Assembly (NCBI RefSeq): GCF_006345805.1
Contig: NW_021834057.1
Location: 1 to 27,129, forward strand
Direction of reading: 5' to 3'
DNA length: 27,129 nucleotides
From: Octopus sinensis
Lineage: Eukaryota
Position numbers and translations under genes: made by a program. Positions 23,532 through 27,129 of the stretch are shown here, in pieces. The stretch's first letter is position 1. Every line of letters starts with the position of its first letter. The notes beneath the pieces were generated by a model. That model was not told the origin of the DNA, did not search any database, and worked only from the letters and a program-made list of their open reading frames with translations.

Positions 23532-23823
23532 AAATCAGCATGTGATTTCCATGGTGATCTTATTAGCTGACAAGGTGAGTTGAGTTTAACCCAAGGCGCT
23601 GGTAAAAACCACTGACGAGCATTAAAGTAAATGCGAAATCACAGGTGATCTGGCTATGCTCGGAAATTAGGAAGCTTGCCTCCCTTGTGACAGTCAATTA
23701 CATGGTACTTATTGTGACTATGAGTTGTTTTGGCTCTTATTTCTAGCAATACTGGTGCTGAATAGCGCCCTCAGTCGCTTTAGTGACGTATATAGTTTTG
23801 CTTTTCGTTTGAAAAATTGCTAA
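23532..23823 (+). mobile_element. ~290-bp hammerhead-containing non-coding element, copy B
   Basis: Colinear similarity with 16510-16822. Boundaries are approximate. Confidence 0.7.
23609..23653 (+). ncRNA. Type I hammerhead ribozyme
   Basis: CCA-CTGACGA-GCATT/AAAGTA/AATGC-GAA-ATCA/CAGG/TGAT-C-TGG. Core intact, helix II 5 bp, helix III 4 bp, helix I 3 bp. Predicted AUC cleavage after 23650. Confidence 0.82.
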
Positions 23824-24339
23824 GAAGCCTTCCTTATCATTACACATACACACACATATAAATACACACAGCGGCTCACTACAGCTGTTTCAGACCAGTT
23901 TTTCATTGATGAACAAAAGTCTTACGTCATGCAAATATAAAAAAAAATACTGTTTCTTCAGGTGGTTAAAGAAAAAATTTAACAATTAGAATTTCTCACA
24001 AAAATAGAAGATAATGCAAGATGACCCAACCAATCTGGCTACGGCTCGGAGACTCTATTACTAAGTTTTTATTAATTAACTCGTTATAGGGACCAAAAAT
24101 AAACGAAGAAATTAAGCAGAGAATTAGAAGGAGGGAAACGGAGAGAGAAAATTAGGGAGAAGAAGGAGGGTAAGGTACGATATAGTTCCCCCTTATTAAA
24201 AGGTGATAAGATGAACTAGAGGCTGTAAATAAAATTAATGTTGTTTGTGATACGTGTGACAAGGGTGCGTTTGAAGCAGACTACAAGAATAATAAAATAG
24301 ATGAGCAAGGGCGAAATAAACACACGACACAATATACAC

Positions 24340-24467
24340 AAGCAGTTATACACACACACACACACATAGATAAATAAATATACCTACATTCATAAATATA
24401 CCTGCACATACACGAGTCATACATATCCATACATATAACGCACACACACTCACGCTCACACACATAC

Positions 24468-24500
<33 letters not shown>

Positions 24501-24554
24501 CATGCATATACACACATATTTATATATATATGCATACACACACAGACACACACA

Positions 24555-24642
<88 letters not shown>

Positions 24643-24690
24643 AATATATACACACATATAAATATACATACATACATACACTCATATATC
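24340..24690. repeat. (CA)/(TA) compound microsatellite
   Basis: Direct reading. Confidence 0.92.
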
Positions 24691-24739
24691 ACTTTTGGAG
24701 TGCAGTTCCATGTTTATTCTCATCATTTCCAAAACAGGG

Positions 24740-25140
24740 GTGAGGCAAAGAGCATGGTGACTACTGTCACCCAGAAATGGGCCGCGGTGGAGAACACGTA
24801 CATCGTATTCTTCACCTACAATGTTTGATCGCCGTGCCTTTTTCCTGGCCCTCGTCTAAGTACATTGGAGCGTATACTCTTCTACTTTTTGTTGAAAGTA
24901 CGTGTCATGCAGTCTACCGGCTGTTAACACCTGCTGTGTGGTGGACTGGGCATGCCGTTGCTGATGATACGCAAACATGCGTTAAGGTTACGACATCTCC
25001 TTGACGGTGAATAGATGTGGTTACCGTTCGCCTGATACCTATTTCCCCAGCTGGTCTCGTTAACGGAGCTGCAGTCCTGGATCAAACAGAGACCGAGATA
25101 AGGTATTTGGAAAGTAGAATGTCTCTAGACAGAAACAACT
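24740..25140 (+). mobile_element. Older internal fragment of the same Tx1-like LINE family
   Basis: Translates in part as GGLGMPLLMIRKHALRLRHL..DGE.MWLPF...FPQLVSLTELQSWIKQRPR, nearly matching the peptide encoded at 6400-6570 (-). Confidence 0.85.
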
Positions 25141-26199
25141 CACGAAAGTTATTGGCGATAATAATGTCATATCGAAACAATTGATAGGTTTTACTTTAGA
25201 AGTATATTATAAAAATGAAATCCCAACAACTGAATGCAAAAATATATTTACTTTATCCTATAGTTAATGTTAATGATGTAAGGAAGAGTCGCTACGTCGA
25301 TGGGCTTTGTAAACGTTTTTTTTTTTCAAACCAGTGAAGTAGCGACCGAATTTTATGTTTAAACGGAACATTCATAAATTGAACATTGCGTGAAAAATAT
25401 GAACTGATAAGGAGTCCCAGGAGTTGACATTTACCGGGATAAAGTGTTGTGCTAAGTGTTAAGTTCAGAGTTTTCTACGACAATGCATATTATGGATAAT
25501 AGGAAAGGGGACTGGCGGATGCATTGTGTGGTTTGAATGGGGTATACAGTTTACTAGTTCAGATTAACAGGAATCGTATTAACAATGGGATAAATAGGCT
25601 GTAAAAGGACACGATGCGCCACTGGCCTAAAATGCAGTGTATTGAAGTGTGAATGTTATCTACTCAATCGGATGACCTTTTTTAGTGTTTTCTAAAACTT
25701 TGTGTGTCAAGCAGCTGTTTCATACCAGAAATGAAAGCTTTGCTCTAATGCTCCAATGTGCTTTGTTCTTCTTAGAGGTTACGCAGCGTCAAATTATTTT
25801 TCTGGCCTTAAAGAGGTAGCTTAGCATTTGGAATAAATTTTTCGATATGTTATCGAAATATCTGACGTGAAATATCATCTCTTATTATGAAGACTTTGAA
25901 AGTTTCGTCTATGCGTTATTCATTTATTTGTAAGGTGTCTTGTTAAAGGTTGGCATAATGGAAATATACTTTTAGTCGTTTCCGAATTTACTTCTTACGT
26001 ATTCGTGTTGCATTATAATCTGTCGAGAATGGAAATCATGAATTTATAATGTCCGTTTCTCAGACATGACTGAAAAGGATATTATTCAATGAAGCCTGGT
26101 TGAAAAAAAATAAAAATCCAATCACTAACTTGTATCACTGGATATTTACTCCTTACAATATAAACCTTAATCTTCCTTAATCTTTTATCATTTACATAT

Positions 26200-26512
26200 T
26201 TCAATCACTAGACTGCAGCCATACTGGAACACCGGCACGAAGCGTTTAGTTGAACAAATCGTTCCCAGTATTTATTCTATCTGTTTCTTTGCCGAACCGC
26301 TAAGTTACGGGGACGTAAACACACCAAAACATCGGTTGTCAAGCAATGGTGGGGGAGACAAACACAGACAACACAAATATATACGTGTATATATACAACG
26401 GGCTTCTTTCAGTTTCCGTTTACCAAATCCACCCAAAGGCTTTGGTCGACCCGAGGCTATGGTAAGAAGACACTTGCCCAGGGTGTCACGTAGTAGGACT
26501 GAACCTGGAACC
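26200..26512 (-). mobile_element. Degenerate family B SINE
   Basis: TTTGCCGAACCGCTAAGTTACGGGGA, CTTCTTTCAGTTTCC, GAAGACACTTGCCCA and GGACTGAACC all match the 3068-3451 copy. Confidence 0.88.
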
Positions 26513-26729
26513 AGTTATACTGCAAGGTTACTTGAAGTGTCTCCTCCGGTTAAATGCCCAACTTCCAAAGTTGCTATTAGACAAATGTCTCCAAGTATTT
26601 ATTAATTCTTATCTGTTCTACTGCTTATCTCCGAAAAAAAAGACAACCTGAACTCATCATGAAAGAGACAAAAACCAATAATTTCTAACCTTTGTGCAGC
26701 GTCTCAATTTGTTGAGGCACGTTATAGCC

Positions 26730-26907
26730 CAGTGCTCCGCAACCAGTATGTCACGGCACACAGGTGTACCACGAAACGATGCTAGGTTTACCGAAGTGTA
26801 ACCTGAATATAATTTTTTCCCTATAACCTTAGTTATATTTTTAGTTCGGGTGTGCCGCCGAATTTTGAAAAGCATACAAGCGTGCCGTGCCGCAATGCGG
26901 AGCATTG
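26730..26907. mobile_element. 178-bp hAT-type MITE
   Basis: TIRs CAGTGCTCCGCA / TGCGGAGCATTG, internal GGCACAC/GTGTGCC motifs, and a perfect 8-bp TSD TTATAGCC (26722-26729 and 26908-26915). Confidence 0.88.
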
Positions 26908-27129
26908 TTATAGCCGAAACCGGATAACCGAAACACGGTTTCGAATCACGGTTGGAACAACTAGAATTCGCTTCGTTGCCAAACAACGTTAGCGAACTAA
27001 CAGTGATCTATTTCACTTACCGTTTCACCTAATATACCAGTTTTTTTTTTCCACAGAGAGTGAGAATGCACGAGAGGGAGGGAGGGAGGGAGGAGGTGGA
27101 GAGAAAGAGAAAGAGAGATTAAAATGATT

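Noticed and set aside
24961-24990. CTGATGA followed by the hairpin ACGC/GCGT
   Set aside because: No GAAA core, and the sequence is explained as LINE coding sequence (LMIRKHAL).
25250-25800. Faint piggyBac-like peptide hints (SLRRWAL, NAYY, RHWP)
   Set aside because: Scattered over different frames and too weak to support a call.

Overview
Repeat-dominated, AT-rich eukaryotic intronic/intergenic DNA. The SINE families and microsatellite load look like an octopus/coleoid cephalopod genome (my recognition from memory, not verified). No intact protein-coding gene is supported, and almost all ORFs in the supplied track are microsatellite artefacts. Contents: at least four tRNA-derived SINE types (about 13 copies, several with clear target-site duplications, two dimeric, one nested antisense), a 5'-truncated Tx1/L1-clade LINE plus two more fragments of it, a decayed R4/Dong-like LINE, two Penelope-like element (PLE) 3' ends, a hAT MITE and other foldback elements, and many simple repeats. 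The most striking signal is RNA-level. Two complete type I hammerhead ribozyme (HHR) motifs (16590-16639 and 23609-23653) sit in the middle of two homologous ~300-bp non-coding elements whose helix sequences differ but still base-pair. There are also two minimal PLE-type HHRs and two further HHR-like motifs. A second notable pattern is that both 3'-end-containing copies of the Tx1-like LINE are flanked on both sides by (GATA)n.
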